64,000 nt of DNA from the human T2T-CHM13v2.0 reference genome, Homo sapiens. The notes under the pieces were generated by a model. It was not told the origin of the DNA. It saw only the letters and a program-made list of their open reading frames with translations, and ran no database searches. The DNA lies in the NCBI RefSeq assembly GCF_009914755.1, contig NC_060939.1; one strand, 5' to 3'. Made by a program: the position numbers and the translations under genes. This document shows, piece by piece, positions 1 through 13,712 of this stretch (position 1 is the stretch's first letter; every line of letters begins with the position of its first letter).

Positions 1-299
1 GAACTGCTAGGTGCCCTGGGACGGGGAGAAAAACACCTGATGAGGAAGGAGTCTGGAACTCAGGCAGCTGGCACTGGGCAACTGGTTCCTGGCCTGAGAA
101 ACTCAGCTCTGTGGCCTGAGAACTGGCACGGTGGCACACAGTCATCCCACACTGCGAATGAGAAGCATTTGCTCCAGAAAGAAACTGGAATCCCATGCTC
201 AGTACTGTGTGCCGTAAGCTGGTGGGGGCCAAATTCATATTTCCTGAGAGGCACAAGGGCTTAATTTCAAAGCTACCTGATGGTATCTCTTCTAAGAAA

Positions 300-1430
300 C
301 CATAATTAAGATGTTCTGTTGCTACAATTTTAAAAGAATCATGAGAAGAATAAAGAACATAATATTTTCCAACCAGTAGAGGGAAAAGTGGGAGAGAAAA
401 AACCTTTCAAAACCTAAAAATAAAAATTTAAAAAAATCTTAAAAGGAGACAAAAGACCTTAAAAGTTAACTAGAAAACATAAAATAGTATAAATAAGTCT
501 AAATATATGAGTTATAAGTGGCCTAAATACAGTGGTTAAACATACAGATTGTCAAATTAGTTAAAAAATAAAAATTGAGTACATCTAAAATCTAAGGGCA
601 TGAAAAGATTGAAAATAAAAGAATAAATGAACAAACATGAATACATAATTATATGTTACATATATCATGCATACATATATGTATATATCTCAATAAAATT
701 TAGATAGCTTTGTTAAAAACTGACAGAAGAGATTTTAAGACCATAAGCAATATTAGTGATAAATATGTTATCCATATGATAAAAATATAATTTACTAGAG
801 AGCTATAACAATTTTAATTTAAACACCAAAAATAACAAAGTAAAAATTAACATGAGTACATGAAGAAATTGAAATTTTCATAATTTAATAGATTTCAATA
901 TGTAACTTACTATAATGATACCTCTAGAACTTAGAATTTAGTAAGAATATGGAATATTTGAATAATACTCAACATGCTGGATATAATGGACAGAAATAGA
1001 ATGTTATACCCAACAACTGAAGAATATATATTCTTCTAATAAATTCCAGTTAATTCCTAATAAATTCCAATAAATTCCTAATAAATTCCAAAGAAATGAT
1101 ATCATACAGATCACATTTCTGAACAAAGTGAAAATAACTTAAAAATCATTAAGAAAAAGAAAAATTAATCCCAAATAATTTAGAAATGAAAAGTTCATTT
1201 CTAAATAACTCATAGGTCAAGGAATAAATCATAGTAAGCAACTGAAAATATTTAGACCCCAATACTAATGGAACCATAATATATAAAAACTCATGGGATG
1301 CAGCTACAGGGGTGTAAGCACAAGATATCTTAAATATCTTAAATGCTTTTATTAAAAAAATTGAAAATCAATAAGCCAAGACTCACCCTCAAAGCAATTA
1401 GAATATAGAATGAAATAAAATAATGTGTAA
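300..1430 (+). mobile_element. Old L1M (L1MC/ME-like) ORF2 endonuclease-region fragment
   Basis: A-rich, with decayed L1 ORF2 motifs such as gaatatatattcttc, aataactcataggtcaaggaa and atgggatgcagcta. Confidence 0.7.
1036..1090 (+). repeat. Short tandem repeat of ~11 bp unit (taataaattcc), about 5 imperfect copies
   Basis: ctaataaattcc agttaattcc taataaattcc aataaattcc taataaattcc. Confidence 0.85.
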
Positions 1431-1434
1431 CATG

Positions 1435-2530
1435 ATTTCCATTCTTGTCTATGATAGAAAAGATTATATAACGTTACCCCTACCACTAAGAATAACTAAG
1501 CAATCTGGGTAAAACTTAAAAATGAAGCGTCTGAGGGCAGTAGAGATCAACCAAGGCTGACAGGACTTGAGAGTCTAAGATCCTAAAGAGAAGGGAAGCA
1601 CATTGGGGGGAACCTCACATTTGTCCCCATTTGTTCCTCTGAGGGGATTTGCTGATTTGTGGAATAAGGAAAAGAAGTAGAAATCATCAGCATGAGGCTT
1701 ATGACAGTCTCATTGAGGTGAAGAGACAGAAGTTAAGAGTTTGGATCGCCAACATGGGCAGAACTTGAGAAGCCCAGATCTCAAAGAGGTTAGGAACTGC
1801 AGAGGAGTCAGCATGAAATTCTACATGCAATTTTCGCTATAGCTGTTTGTCAAGTCTTCAGCTACATATGCACAGGGCAAGGTGTCAAGAAACTAAGCAG
1901 AAAGAAGCTACTGTAAAGCCAAAGAACTTGAATAGAGTCTTTGGTTGGAGAAAAAGAGGTTGGAGCCGGGCAGCTACCAAAGTGGAGAAACCCCAGTAAA
2001 CACCCCAGGCTTTCAGTTGAGACACCTGAAGGGTACACTCTAGGAATCAGAGCTTGCCCTAGAAGCAAAAGCAAGTTGAAATTAAAGACTCCTTTCTGCC
2101 AAAAATATCTGAAATCCAGCCTCACCTGGATCAAGGTGACCTCCCTATATGCTATTCACCTGCCAGAAAAAGAATTAAGTATTATCTGTAGAAAGATAAC
2201 GTCATCTAGATCCTTCACAATTTTTTTATTGTTACATACAGTGTCTAACATTCAATTAAAAATCACCATGCAAGTATAGAAATAAGACCACATGACAATG
2301 TTAAAAATAAAATAGGCAATAGCAATAGTCCCACAGGTGGTTACAATATGATTTCATGCTCCAGAAAATAGAGGAAAAGACAAAGCATTTTATCAGAGAA
2401 TGCATTGGAGTTTATAAAAAAAGGGATCAAATAGAAATTTTAGAAATAAAAGTATAATAACTGATATTAACAATTTAATACTGGCTTAATAGTGGGTTGG
2501 ACACAGTAGAAGAAAGGATTAGTGAAGATC
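1435..2530 (+). mobile_element. Old L1M 5'UTR/ORF1 fragment
   Basis: L1M-like 5' region ending in ORF1-type sequence (atagaaattttagaaataaaag...gacacagtagaagaaaggattagtgaa). Confidence 0.55.
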
Positions 2531-2737
2531 AGTAAAACAAATCTCATAGAAGTTCAATACACAAAAATCAACTGCATTCCTATCTACCTGTAATACCTAG
2601 AGGATATGAAGTGTATCACTGATAATGGCAAAAAAGTATCTAGCAAGAAATCTAAAACAAATAAGTACGTGACCTTTATGGGGATATTTATAAAGACTTA
2701 AATAATTGGAGAGATTTTGCATAATTACAGATTACAT

Positions 2738-2900
2738 CAGGGCTCCCCAAACTATAATATGCATATGAAACACATAACATCTTGTTCAAATGCAGATTTT
2801 AATTCAGTAGGTCTGGGGTGAAGCTCAAGATTTTACATTTCTAACAAACTTTCAGCTGATGTCCATGTTGCTAGTCTATAAACCAACTTTGAGTATCAAG
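2738..2900 (+). mobile_element. MER5A (hAT-Charlie MITE)
   Basis: aatgcagattttaattcagtaggtctggggtg...tttctaacaa...ctttgagtatcaag. Confidence 0.85.
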
Positions 2901-3017
2901 AATTTAGAATGCTCGATATCATAAAGATGTAGGTTCTGCATAATTTACACGAATATTTCAATGAGATTTGAATGAAAATTGACAAATTCTTTCACAGAAT
3001 TTTACAAGCTGGTTTTA

Positions 3018-3425
<408 letters not shown>

Positions 3426-4495
3426 TTATTTTTAATCAAATAATAAATCTATTCATAAAGCTAGAGTAAATAAAATTGTGTGGAATTGGTACAGAAAAGA
3501 CAGATAAACCAATGTAACAGAATAAAAGGAAGGAGCAGGCCTATACATGAATGCAAACTTGATATATGAAAGAGGTGGAACTGTAGAGCAGTTAGAAAAA
3601 AAATTTAATGTTATTGGTATGATTAATTATTTATATGCAAAATAAAAATAAAATTGAAGCCCCATCTCATACCATACACAAAATAAATTCCAGGTAGGTG
3701 TAAGCATTAAATTTCAATAACAGGACTTTTAAATTAAAGAAGAATAAGGTGAGGAGGGGTTCAAGATGGCTTACTAGAGGCATCTGGTACTTGCCTTCTC
3801 TATAAGGAAGAACCAAAATAGTGAGTAGATAATCACACTTTGATTAGATTATTTAAAAAAGAATATTGGAATTAAACAGAGAAGTGACAAGAAACACCTA
3901 AATCAAGGAAGGAAAGAAAGCAAGGCTGCCTGCTCAGCTAGGATCAGCTGGAAGCCTGGAGAGGCTTCCCAGCATGGGGAAAGGATAAGTGAGAGACCCC
4001 CAGTGGTCCACATTTCCACTATGAACTCCTCACCTGTAGACAGAAAATATAGGGATGGAAACAGACATTCCATGCAATGGACTCCAAAGTAAGCAGAAAC
4101 AGCTCAGTCAAAAACAGTAAAAAGAGACAAAGAAGGTCATTATGTAATGATAAGGGGATCAATTCACCAAGAGGGTATAACAATTCTGAACATGTGTATG
4201 CATCCAACACTTGAGCACCCATATATATAAAGCAAATATTATTATATCGCAGGGGAGAGACAGACTCCAATACAATAGTGAATGGGGACTTCAACACTCT
4301 ACTCTTAGCATTAGACAGATCATCTAGACAGAAAATTTACAGTGAACATTGGATTTAAACAGCACTTTAGTCCAAAAGGATTTAATAGACACTTCCAGAA
4401 CATTTCATCCAACAGCTACAGAATATACATTCTTCTCATCACCACATGGAACATTTTCCAGGATAGATTATCTGTGAAGACACAAAAGTCTCCAA

Positions 4496-5990
4496 TTTTA
4501 TTTATTTATTTTTAATTTTTGTGGGCACATAGTAGGTGTATATATTTATGGGTTACATATGATATTTTGATACAGACATGCAGTGCATAATAATCACATC
4601 AGGGTAAATGGGGTATTCATCACCTCAAGCATTTATCCTTTGTGTTAGAAACAATTCAATTATACATTTTAATTATTTTAAAATGTATAATTACATTGTT
4701 TTTTAGTATGGGCACTCTGTTGTGCCAGCAAATACTAGGTCTTATTCTAACTATTTTTTGTACCCATTAACCATCTTCACTCTCATCTTTCCCACACTCC
4801 TTTTCCCAGCCTCTGGTAACTATCCTTCTACTCTCTGTCTCCAGTTCAATTATTTTAATATTTAGCTCCTACAGATAAGTGAGAACATGTCGACATGGTT
4901 TGGCTGTGTCCCCACCCAAATCTCATCTTGAATTGTAACTCTCACAATTCCCACATGTCATGGGAGGAACCCAGTGGGAGGTGATTGAATTATGGGGGCA
5001 GGTCTTTCCAGGGCTGTTCTCATGACAGTGAATGAGCCTCACAAGTATTGATGATTTTAAAAATGGGAGTTTTTCTGCACAAGCTCTCTTTGTCTGCCAC
5101 CATCCATGTAAGATGTGACTTGCTCCTCCTTGCCTTCCTCTATGATTGTGAAGCCTCCCCAGCCATGTGGAACTGTAAGTCCAATTAAACTTCTTTCCTT
5201 TGCAAATTGCCCAGTCTCAGATATGTCCTTATCAGCAGCGTGAAAACAGACTAATACACATGTGAAGTTTGTCTTTCTGTGCCTGGCTTATTTCTTTTAA
5301 CATAATGACCTCCAGTTCCATCCATTTTGTTACGAATGACAGGATTTCCTTCTTTTATATGGATGAATAGTACTCCATTGTGTATACGTGCCACATCTTT
5401 TAAATCTAATTATCTGATGATGGACACTTAGGTTCTTCCAAATACTAGGTATTGTGAATAGTGCTGCAATAAATGTGGGAATGCAGATGTCTCTTCAATA
5501 TACTGATTTCCTTTCTTTTAGGTATATACCTCCTAGGAGTTGTATTTCTGGATCAGAACCTCCAAACTGTTCTCCATAGTGGCTGTACTAATTTACATTC
5601 CCATCCACAGTGTACAAGGTCTCCCTTTTCTCCACATCGTCACCAGCATTTTTATTGCCTGTTTTTTGGATAAAAGCCATTTTAGCTGGAGTGAGATAAT
5701 GTTTCATTGTAGTCTTGATTTGCAATTCTCTGATGATAAATGATGTTGAACACCTTTTCGTATATCTGTTTGCCATTTGTATGTCTTCTTTTGAGAAATG
5801 TCTATTTAGATCTTTTGCCCATTTTAAAATTGGATTGTTAGATTTTTTTTTCCTATAGTATTGTTTCAGCTCCTTATGTATTCTGGTTATTAATTTCCTG
5901 TCAAACGGGCAGTTTGCAAATATTTTCTCCCATTCTGTGGTTTGTGTCTTTACTTTGTTGACTGTTTCCTTTGCTGTGCAGTAGCTTTTT
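4496..5990 (-). mobile_element. L1MA2-like 3' fragment inserted antisense into the L1MA
   Basis: T-rich tail then ttttgtgggcacatagtaggtgtatatatttatggg; host resumes in register at 5991 (caacaaattttaaaa). Confidence 0.9.
4891..5258 (+). mobile_element. THE1B/C solo LTR (ERVL-MaLR)
   Basis: cgacatggtttggctgtgtccccacccaaatctc...gactaataca; perfect 5 bp TSD catgt at 4886-4890 and 5259-5263. Confidence 0.95.
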
Positions 5991-8277
5991 CAACAAATTT
6001 TAAAAACTAAAATCATATCAAGTATATTCTCAGACTACAGTGGGATAAAACTAGAAATTAATAATGAAGAAGTTCAGAAACTATATAAATACATGGAAAT
6101 TAAACAATATGCTCTAAAATGACCATTGGGTCAAGGAAGACATCAATAAATATGACACATAACAACGGACAAAATTATATAATCATCTCAAAAGATGCAG
6201 AAAAATCATTTACTAAAATTCAACAACTCTTCATGATAAAATCTCTCAACAAAATAGGCATAGAAGGAAATATCTCAACACAATAAAGGTCATATATGAT
6301 AAACCCACAGTTAACATCATACTGAATGGGGAAAAGCTGAAAGCCTTTTTTTCAAGAACTGGAACAAGACAAAGATATTCACTATCATCACTTCTATTCA
6401 ACATAGTACTGAATGTCTTAGCCAGAGTAATCAGGTAAGAGAAAGAAATAAAAGACAGCTAAATTGGAAAAGAGGAAGTCAAATTGTCCCTCTTTTCAAA
6501 CTATATAATATTATATCTAGAAAAATACACAGATCCTACCAAGAAACTCTGAGGTCTGATAAATAAATTCAGTAAAGTTGCAGGATACCAAAGCAACATA
6601 TAAAATTTAGTAGCATTTCTATAATGAAAGAGCTGAGAAAGAAATCAAGAAGGCATCTCATTTAAAATAGCTACAAAATACATAGGAATAAATTCAACAA
6701 AGGAGAAAGACCTCTATAAGGAAACAACCATACTACCCAGAGCAATCTACAGATTCAATATAATTCCTATCAAAACACCAAGTCATTTTTTACAGAAATA
6801 GAAAAAAAAATCCTAATTTTTTTGTGGAAGCAAAAAAGAGCTTGGATAGCCAAAGTAATCCTGAGCAAAAAGAACAAAGTTGGAGGCATCACACTACCCG
6901 ACTTCAAAATATACTACATGGCTATAGTAACCAAAACAGCATGGTATTGGTATTAAAAATAGACACATAAACCAATGAAGTAGAATACAGAAACTCAAAA
7001 TAAATTCATGCATTGACAACCAACTAAATTTTTACAAAGATGTCAAGAAAATACACTAGGGAAAGGACACCCTCTTCAATAAATTGTGCTGGGAAATTGG
7101 ATATCTATATGCAGAAGAATGAAACTGAACCTCTGTCTCTCACCATATATGAAAATCAACTCAAGATGATTTAAGACTTAAATGTGAGACCTGGCACTAT
7201 AAAACTACTAAAAGAAAACAGGGGAAATGCTTCAGGACATTGACAAGGATTTTATGGCTAAGACCTTCAAAGCACAAGCAACAAAATTAAAAATAAATTA
7301 GACTATATTTAAAAGGCTTCTGCACAGCAAAGGAACCAGTCAACAGGGTGAAGAGAAAATCTGTTGAATGGAAGAGTATGTTTGCAAACTGGTCATCGGA
7401 TAAAGAACTAATTTCCAGATTATACAAGGAGTTCAAACAACAGAAAAAAATACAAATAATCCCATTAAAAGTGGACAAAGGACATTAATAGACATTTCTC
7501 ATTCAGGTCACCAACAAGTATATGAAAAAATGCTCAATATCACTAATCATCAGAGAAATGCAAATCAAAACCACATCAAGATATCATCTTACCCCAGTTA
7601 GAATGGCTATTATCAAAAAGACAAAAAATAACAGATGCTGACAAGGTTGTAGAGAAAAGAGACTCATATATGGCTAGTGGGATTATTAATTAGTACAGCC
7701 ACTATGGAAAAAGTGTGAAGTTTTCTCAAAAACCTAAAAATGGAACTACCACACGATCTAGGAATCTCATTACTATTCATTCAAAGGAAAAGAAATCTGT
7801 ACATCAAAGAGATACCTGCAGTCCCATGTTTATTGCAGCACTATTCACAATAGCAAAGATATGGAATTGACCTAAGCGTCCATCAGCAGATGAATGGATA
7901 AAAAACATGTGGTACATATACATGATGGAATAATATTTGGCCATGAAAAATAATGAAATAGTGTCATTTGCAGCAACATGAATGGAACTAGAGGTCCTAA
8001 TGTTAAGTGAAATAAGCCCAGCACAGAAAGACAAATTTTGCATGTTCTTACTAATATGTGGGAGCTACAGCATTTTATCTCATGGAGGTAGAGAGTTAAA
8101 TGAGAGATACTGAATGGTGGGAAGAATGTGTGGGTGTTGGGGGAGGGATGAAGAGAGGTTGATTAATGGTACCAAACATACAGTTTGATAGAAGGAACAT
8201 GTTCTAATGTGTGATGGCAGAGGAGGGTAACTATAGTTAACAACAATGCATTGTTTTTTAAAAATATTGTATGTTTT

Positions 8278-8578
8278 GGCTGGGCGCGGTGGCTCACGCC
8301 TGTAATCCCAGTACTTTGGGAGGCTGAGGCGGGTGGATCACAAGGTCAGGAGATGGAGACCATCCTGGCTAACATGGTAAAACCCCGTCTCTACTAAAAA
8401 TACAAAAAAAAAAATTAGCCGGGCGTGGTGGCGGGCGCCTGTAGTCCCAGCTACTCGGGAGGCTGAGGAAGGAGAATGGCGTGAACCCGGGAGGCGGAGC
8501 TTGCAGTGAGTCGGAGATCGTGCCACTGTACTCCAGCCCGGGGACAGAGCAAGACTCTGTCTCAAAAAAAGAAAAAAA
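8278..8578 (+). mobile_element. AluY
   Basis: Y diagnostics gaccatcctggctaac and gaatggcgtgaacccgggaggcggagcttgcag; flanking gtatgtttt repeat. Confidence 0.95.
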
Positions 8579-8605
8579 GGGTATGTTTTAAAATAGCCAG
8601 AAGAG

Positions 8606-8981
8606 TATAGATTTAGTACAGGTAATCATCTGTGAAAAACGTCAACATACATCTACCATGATTCTTATTGTATGTTGTTCAGCCTGAGTCGGCAACTGTA
8701 GCACTGCTGTCTTTTTCTTTCATTTTCACACTTTATGTCCTGCTTTTTACACTTATGAATATGTTATGTTTATCACTTCATGTTGCCAATGTAAGAGCTA
8801 CCTCAAAATTTTGAGTGGCTGCAGAATACTGTGCTTATATTCAGAGTTTGGGTTGCTTAAGATTTTTCACAAATACAGACAACGCTGCCATAGGTATCAT
8901 TTTATACCTTTATTCGCACGCTTATCTGGTTTTTTTTTTTTTAGAAGAAATTCCTAGACACAGTATTGCCAGGTCCAAAGT

Positions 8982-9060
<79 letters not shown>

Positions 9061-9237
9061 TTTCTTTGCTTGCTTCTTATTTTGTGGGGTTTTCTTTAGT
9101 CCTTTTAGTTTCTTTCCGTGCTGGTAGGTATAAAATTCTGCGCTGTTTTAATTAACATTTCTTTAATTATAAAGGACATTAAATATTGTTTACTTCTCCA
9201 TTGGCCATTGTATTTTTTTAACTGCCAAAAAAATACT
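8606..9237 (-). mobile_element. Inserted segment containing an L1ME3/4-like 3' fragment
   Basis: agctacctc...tggctgcagaata...aaattcctaga...ttgccaggtccaaag...ttaattaacatttctttaattat resembles antisense L1ME. Confidence 0.65.
8982..9056. repeat. Compound microsatellite (TG)n(AG)n(TG)n
   Basis: Directly visible. Confidence 0.98.
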
Positions 9238-9399
9238 ACTTGAAGTATTCCCAACACATAGAAATGATAAATACTCAAGGCGATGTATACCCCAAATACC
9301 CTGACTTGATCATTATGCATTCCATGCATGCAATAAAATATCACATGTGCTCCATTAAATATGTACAAATATAACATACCAATAAAAATTTTTAAAAAT

Positions 9400-10500
9400 C
9401 TACAAAAAGAAAATATGACAGTGTTTTTATGACTCAATGTATGGAGGGATTTCTTAACAATGCGAATAAGCATAAATGTTAAATTAATAGATTGAGAGCT
9501 TTGACTAAATTAAGGTAAAAATTTCTGTAAACCGAAAGTCACCAATAAAAAAAGTAAACGATAAGTCTCAGACTGGGAGAACACATTTTCAGTGCATACT
9601 ACTGGAAATTAATTAGCATCCTGCTAATTGTAAAGCATCCTATAAATCAAGAAGAGAAGGAATTTAAAAAATAACAGAAATAACAAGCAGAAACTCAAAT
9701 GGCAAAAGTAAAAGCATAAAAAGATGCTACGTCTTGCTGGGGACTAGAGAAGTAAAACACAAATGAAAATCACAAGGAGATATAATGTCCAGCCCACCAG
9801 AATGGCAAATATGAACATGCTGATAATTCCTGGAATTGACAATGAGGAGCAAGGTGAAGTGATCTTATAACAGGTGGGAGGATATTTTTAACTTTGGAGA
9901 GCAGTTTGACAAAATCTGTTAAACTGACAATAGCAAGTTCCTGTTATTCAACAATTCCTTTCCTAGGTATTTGCACTAAAAGTTTTTATGCACATGTGTG
10001 CAAGTTGGTATGTACTGGAAAGTTGATAGCATTATTTTGGTAATTGCAAAAAGTTAGGAGAAACCAAAATATATATCAACAGTAGATTGAATAAACGTAT
10101 GACAGAATATTATGCCATGGAATATAATATAGAATTAAAACTAGATAAACTAGAAATCTATGTATCAACATGACAAATTAAATTTTTGACTAAAAAATGA
10201 AAGTAGCATCAGGATACCATATAATACCATTTTATAAAGTTTAAAAATATATTAAGCAAAACTGAATATTATTTGGAGGAATATATGCACATGTAAGGGT
10301 CCAAAAACTACACAATTCAGCAGTGCTTATCTCTGGAGGTGAGGCGGAGAGGTGATAGCAATTGAAAAGAACTACATGAGGCTTCAAAAGTATTTGTAAT
10401 ATTTTATGTCTTAAGCTGGCTAATGGCTACACAGGTTTACGTTATACTATTTTTATACCTTTTCATATGTCTGAAATATTTTATTACAGAACAATTTTTA
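9400..10500 (+). mobile_element. L1ME3/4-like 3' end, continuing 2540-3750
   Basis: caattcctttcctaggtatt; tcttaagctggctaatggctacacagg...atgtctgaaatatttt. Confidence 0.75.
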
Positions 10501-11181
10501 AAAATGGTCCAGAAAGATTAAATCTGCAGGACCTTGTTAGAAGCAAATGCTAAACTGCTAGATGAGATCATTTCCACAATCCAGGCACTACTGAGAAAGT
10601 GGAAGACAACTGTTGAAAATAAGCTAACAGTAAAAAAGATATGAAGTACATCAAAAAATCCGCCCCCATAAGAGAGACCCAGCAGACACAACAAATGAAA
10701 GAATTCACAGTTGAGAAACTAAAGAAAATAGAGCAGTTTCTAAAGGACTTCAAAATAAGTATGTTTAAAAATGTTCAAAGAGATAAAAGAATCAACTGAT
10801 CTCATAATGTTAGAAGACGTTATGGAAACAGAATAAGCAGACTTGAAAATAAACACATACTCTAGAATGGAAAATATTGCTATCATAATTGTAAGACTCC
10901 ACAGAACATGTCAAAGCAGACCAAAACAAAAATTAATAAGTTGGAAGATGAATCTAAGAATGCAACTTAAAGACTCTAAAGATTCATGATAAGAAGGAAG
11001 CAATGAGAGAAGTGAATAATAGACTACAAAACTCCAATACATGCATCCACAAGAGTTCCAGAAGGGGAGTGAAGTAATGGGGAATAGTAACACACAAATA
11101 TGGTTATGTAGAGAATTTCCTAGTAAGACATGAGTTCTCAGATGGAAAAGTCACACACCAGGTTCCAAACTGAAGAAAACT

Positions 11182-11215
11182 GAGAGAGAGAAAGCTGGAG
11201 AGAGAGAGAGAGAGG

Positions 11216-11251
<36 letters not shown>

Positions 11252-11268
11252 TAGAGAAAGTCAGAGAG
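11182..11268. repeat. (GA)n purine microsatellite
   Basis: Directly visible. Confidence 0.95.
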
Positions 11269-12056
11269 TCAGAAACTGCAGTACATCAAAAATAAAGAAG
11301 AAACCTTTAAAACTACCAGAAGAGATAAAACAGATAACCTATGAGGAACAACATCCAGGTTGACAGAAGATTTTTCATGAGCCACAAGGTAATCTGGAAG
11401 AAAATGGAATAGTGCCTTCAAAGTGTCTAAGCAATAATATAGCAGCCAATCTAGAATCCTGCACTTACCTAAACTATAACTCAAGAATGAATGTGAAATA
11501 AGGATATTTTAACACATACTAAGAGAATTTATTAATCATTGAAATAAATTTTGAGGACAGAAATAGAATTTAGAAGAAAGGAATAGAACGGAAGTGGTAA
11601 TGGTGATTAAAAACATTAGTAGGCATGCACATAAAAATAAAGGCTGGTCATAAAAATTAATGAATGTTAGAATTTAAAAATAAAACTTTATAAAACATGA
11701 AATATTTTTGGGGGGAAGTTCAGGTGGATTAGAATGTTCTCTTTTGCATCTTTATTCAAGATGTTGATTAACTTTAGACTTTGATAGAAAAATACAAAGT
11801 TAGACATACGCCTTAAAAAATTCAAGAGCAATCACATGGGAATAAAGCAGAAATTTACATCTTGCAAAGTAGTACATCGCAAAAAGGTAATTGAAAATCT
11901 CTCTGTTCAACAGAAGGCAGGAAATTAAGAAAGTAGGGGAGGTTGAGAGGAAGGAGAAGAGAGTCAGGAGGAAGGGAAAGGGAAGGGGAGAAGGAGCAGC
12001 ACTAAAATATGTGGTAAATAAAAATCCAAATAAGATAACAGGAATTAGTCCAAATA

Positions 12057-12405
12057 CAGATGCTCCTCAACTTATGATGGACTTATGTCTCAATAAACCC
12101 ATAATAAGTTGAAAATGCATTTAATATACCTAACCTACCAAATATCATAGCTTAGCCTAGCCTACCTTAAATATGCTTAGAACACTTACATTAGCCACGG
12201 CTGGGCAAAATCCTCTAACACAAAGCCTATTTTATAATAAAGTGTTGAAAATCTCATGTAATTTATTAAATGCTATGCTGAAAGTGAAAACCAGAATGAT
12301 TGTATGAGCACTTGAAGTATGGTTTCCACTGAATGCATATCCTTTGCATACCATCCTAAAATGGAAAGATCATAAGTAGAACCACTGTAAGTCAGGGACC
12401 AACTG
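12057..12405 (+). mobile_element. MER47A (Tigger5-type MITE)
   Basis: cagatgctcctcaacttatg...gtaagtcagggaccaactg; TA target duplications on both sides. Confidence 0.92.
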
Positions 12406-12430
12406 TATATTAATGTAACAATATACTATT

Positions 12431-12811
12431 TGTGATAGTTGTACTTATTAAATTCACTAACCTAGAGTCCTTATTTATTCAAACACTAATCTAGATATTG
12501 TTGTAGAGGTATTTTGGAGATGCGATTAAAGTCCATACTCAGTTGACTTTAAGTCAGTTGACTTTAAGCCTGGAAGGCCTTGGTTCATCAATTGAAAGGC
12601 CTTAAGAGCAGAGTTAAGGCTTCCTCGAAGGAGAAGGTATTTAGTTTGTGCGCTGCAGCTTCAGCCTATTCCTGAGAGTACAGCCAGCCCTTTCTGACAG
12701 CCTGCTCTACAATTTCAGACTTGCCTAACCAGCCCCACAACTGTATGATCCAATCCCTTGCAATAAATTTCCTACTGGTTTTGTTTCTCTAGTTGAACCC
12801 TGACTGATACA
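12431..12811 (+). mobile_element. MLT2C/D-like ERVL solo LTR
   Basis: tgtgatagtt...aataaa...ctactggttttgtttctctagttgaaccctgactgataca; internal 15 bp duplication tcagttgactttaag. Confidence 0.85.
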
Positions 12812-13175
12812 CTCTGTATATTAATAAAACTCACATCTTTACATGCAAAGATTCTCAAATTGCACTAAAAATAAATAAAAATATTCTTGAAGAGAAACAC
12901 ACCTAAAGCATAAAGAAGGTCCAAAATTAAGGATCAAGAGAATGTGTACAGTAGGCCAATTCATACTGAAGGAAAGCAGTGACAGGGTAAAGAGTGACAT
13001 TACATGAGGATAAGAGTGCCTCTGATGAGCAGTGACATTAGGACCAACAAAAGAGTCTCCCAGAAGTCACCGGTACTTCCAGTGAAATCCCAGCCCTTTT
13101 GAGTTTCTGGGGTACTTGATCATTCCCTTCAACATCTCATACAAGCCCAGACCACTTCCTAAGTTAAACCTGTAC

Positions 13176-13661
13176 ATTTTAAAACTTTTAATTTTGAAAT
13201 AATTATAGAGTCACCTCAAGTTGCACAGATTGTACACAGAGGTCTGTGTCCCTGACACCAAGTTTCCCCCAATGGTTACACCTTAGGTCACTGTAGCACA
13301 ATATCAAAATCAGAATATTGATGTTACTGTGTGTGTGTGTGTAGTCCTGTAATTTTATCATGTATGTAGATTCCTGCGGCCACTGCCAAAATCAAGATCC
13401 AGAACTAGTCCATCATCACAAAGCTCTCTCCTGGACTATCCCTTTACAGTCATACATATCCTTCTTCCCTCAACATCTTTAGCTCCTGGCAACCACGAAT
13501 CTGTTCCTCATCTCTATAAATTTGGGAATGTTATATAAATGGAATCACAGCACGCTACCTTTTGAGAGTGGCTTTTTCACGCAGCATAATGCCTTTGACA
13601 GCCATTCACATTGCTGCGTGTATCATTAGTTCATGCCTCTGTACTACTGAGTAGTATTCTG
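13176..13661 (-). mobile_element. L1MB/MC/MD-type 3' end
   Basis: ttttgaaataattatag...tttcccccaatggt; 11 bp TSD taaacctgtac at 13165-13175 and 13662-13672. Confidence 0.85.
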
Positions 13662-13712
13662 TAAACCTGTACCTGTTTTTAAATTCTAATAAAAGCTATG
13701 AATTTTGTTAAA

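Larger units (their letters stand above)
3753..9395 (+). mobile_element. L1MA4/5-like LINE-1 with both termini, internal deletions and nested insertions
   Basis: 5' end ggaggggttcaagatggc; ORF2 blocks at 4036-4495 and 5991-~7990; 3' end aataccctgacttgatcattatgcattcc...accaataaaaa; splits the older L1ME. Confidence 0.9.
10510..13015 (+). mobile_element. Old L1M ORF1 and start of ORF2, interrupted by MER47A and MLT2
   Basis: ORF1 C-terminal motifs (gaaaatggaatagtgccttcaaagtg, atctagaatcct, gtgaaataaggatattt). Confidence 0.65.

Noticed and set aside
13015-13712. Possible C/D snoRNA (TGATGA at 13023) or retrocopy 3'UTR ending in AATAAA
   Set aside because: No D box or terminal stem at the expected distance, and no poly-A, TSD or recognisable parent gene.
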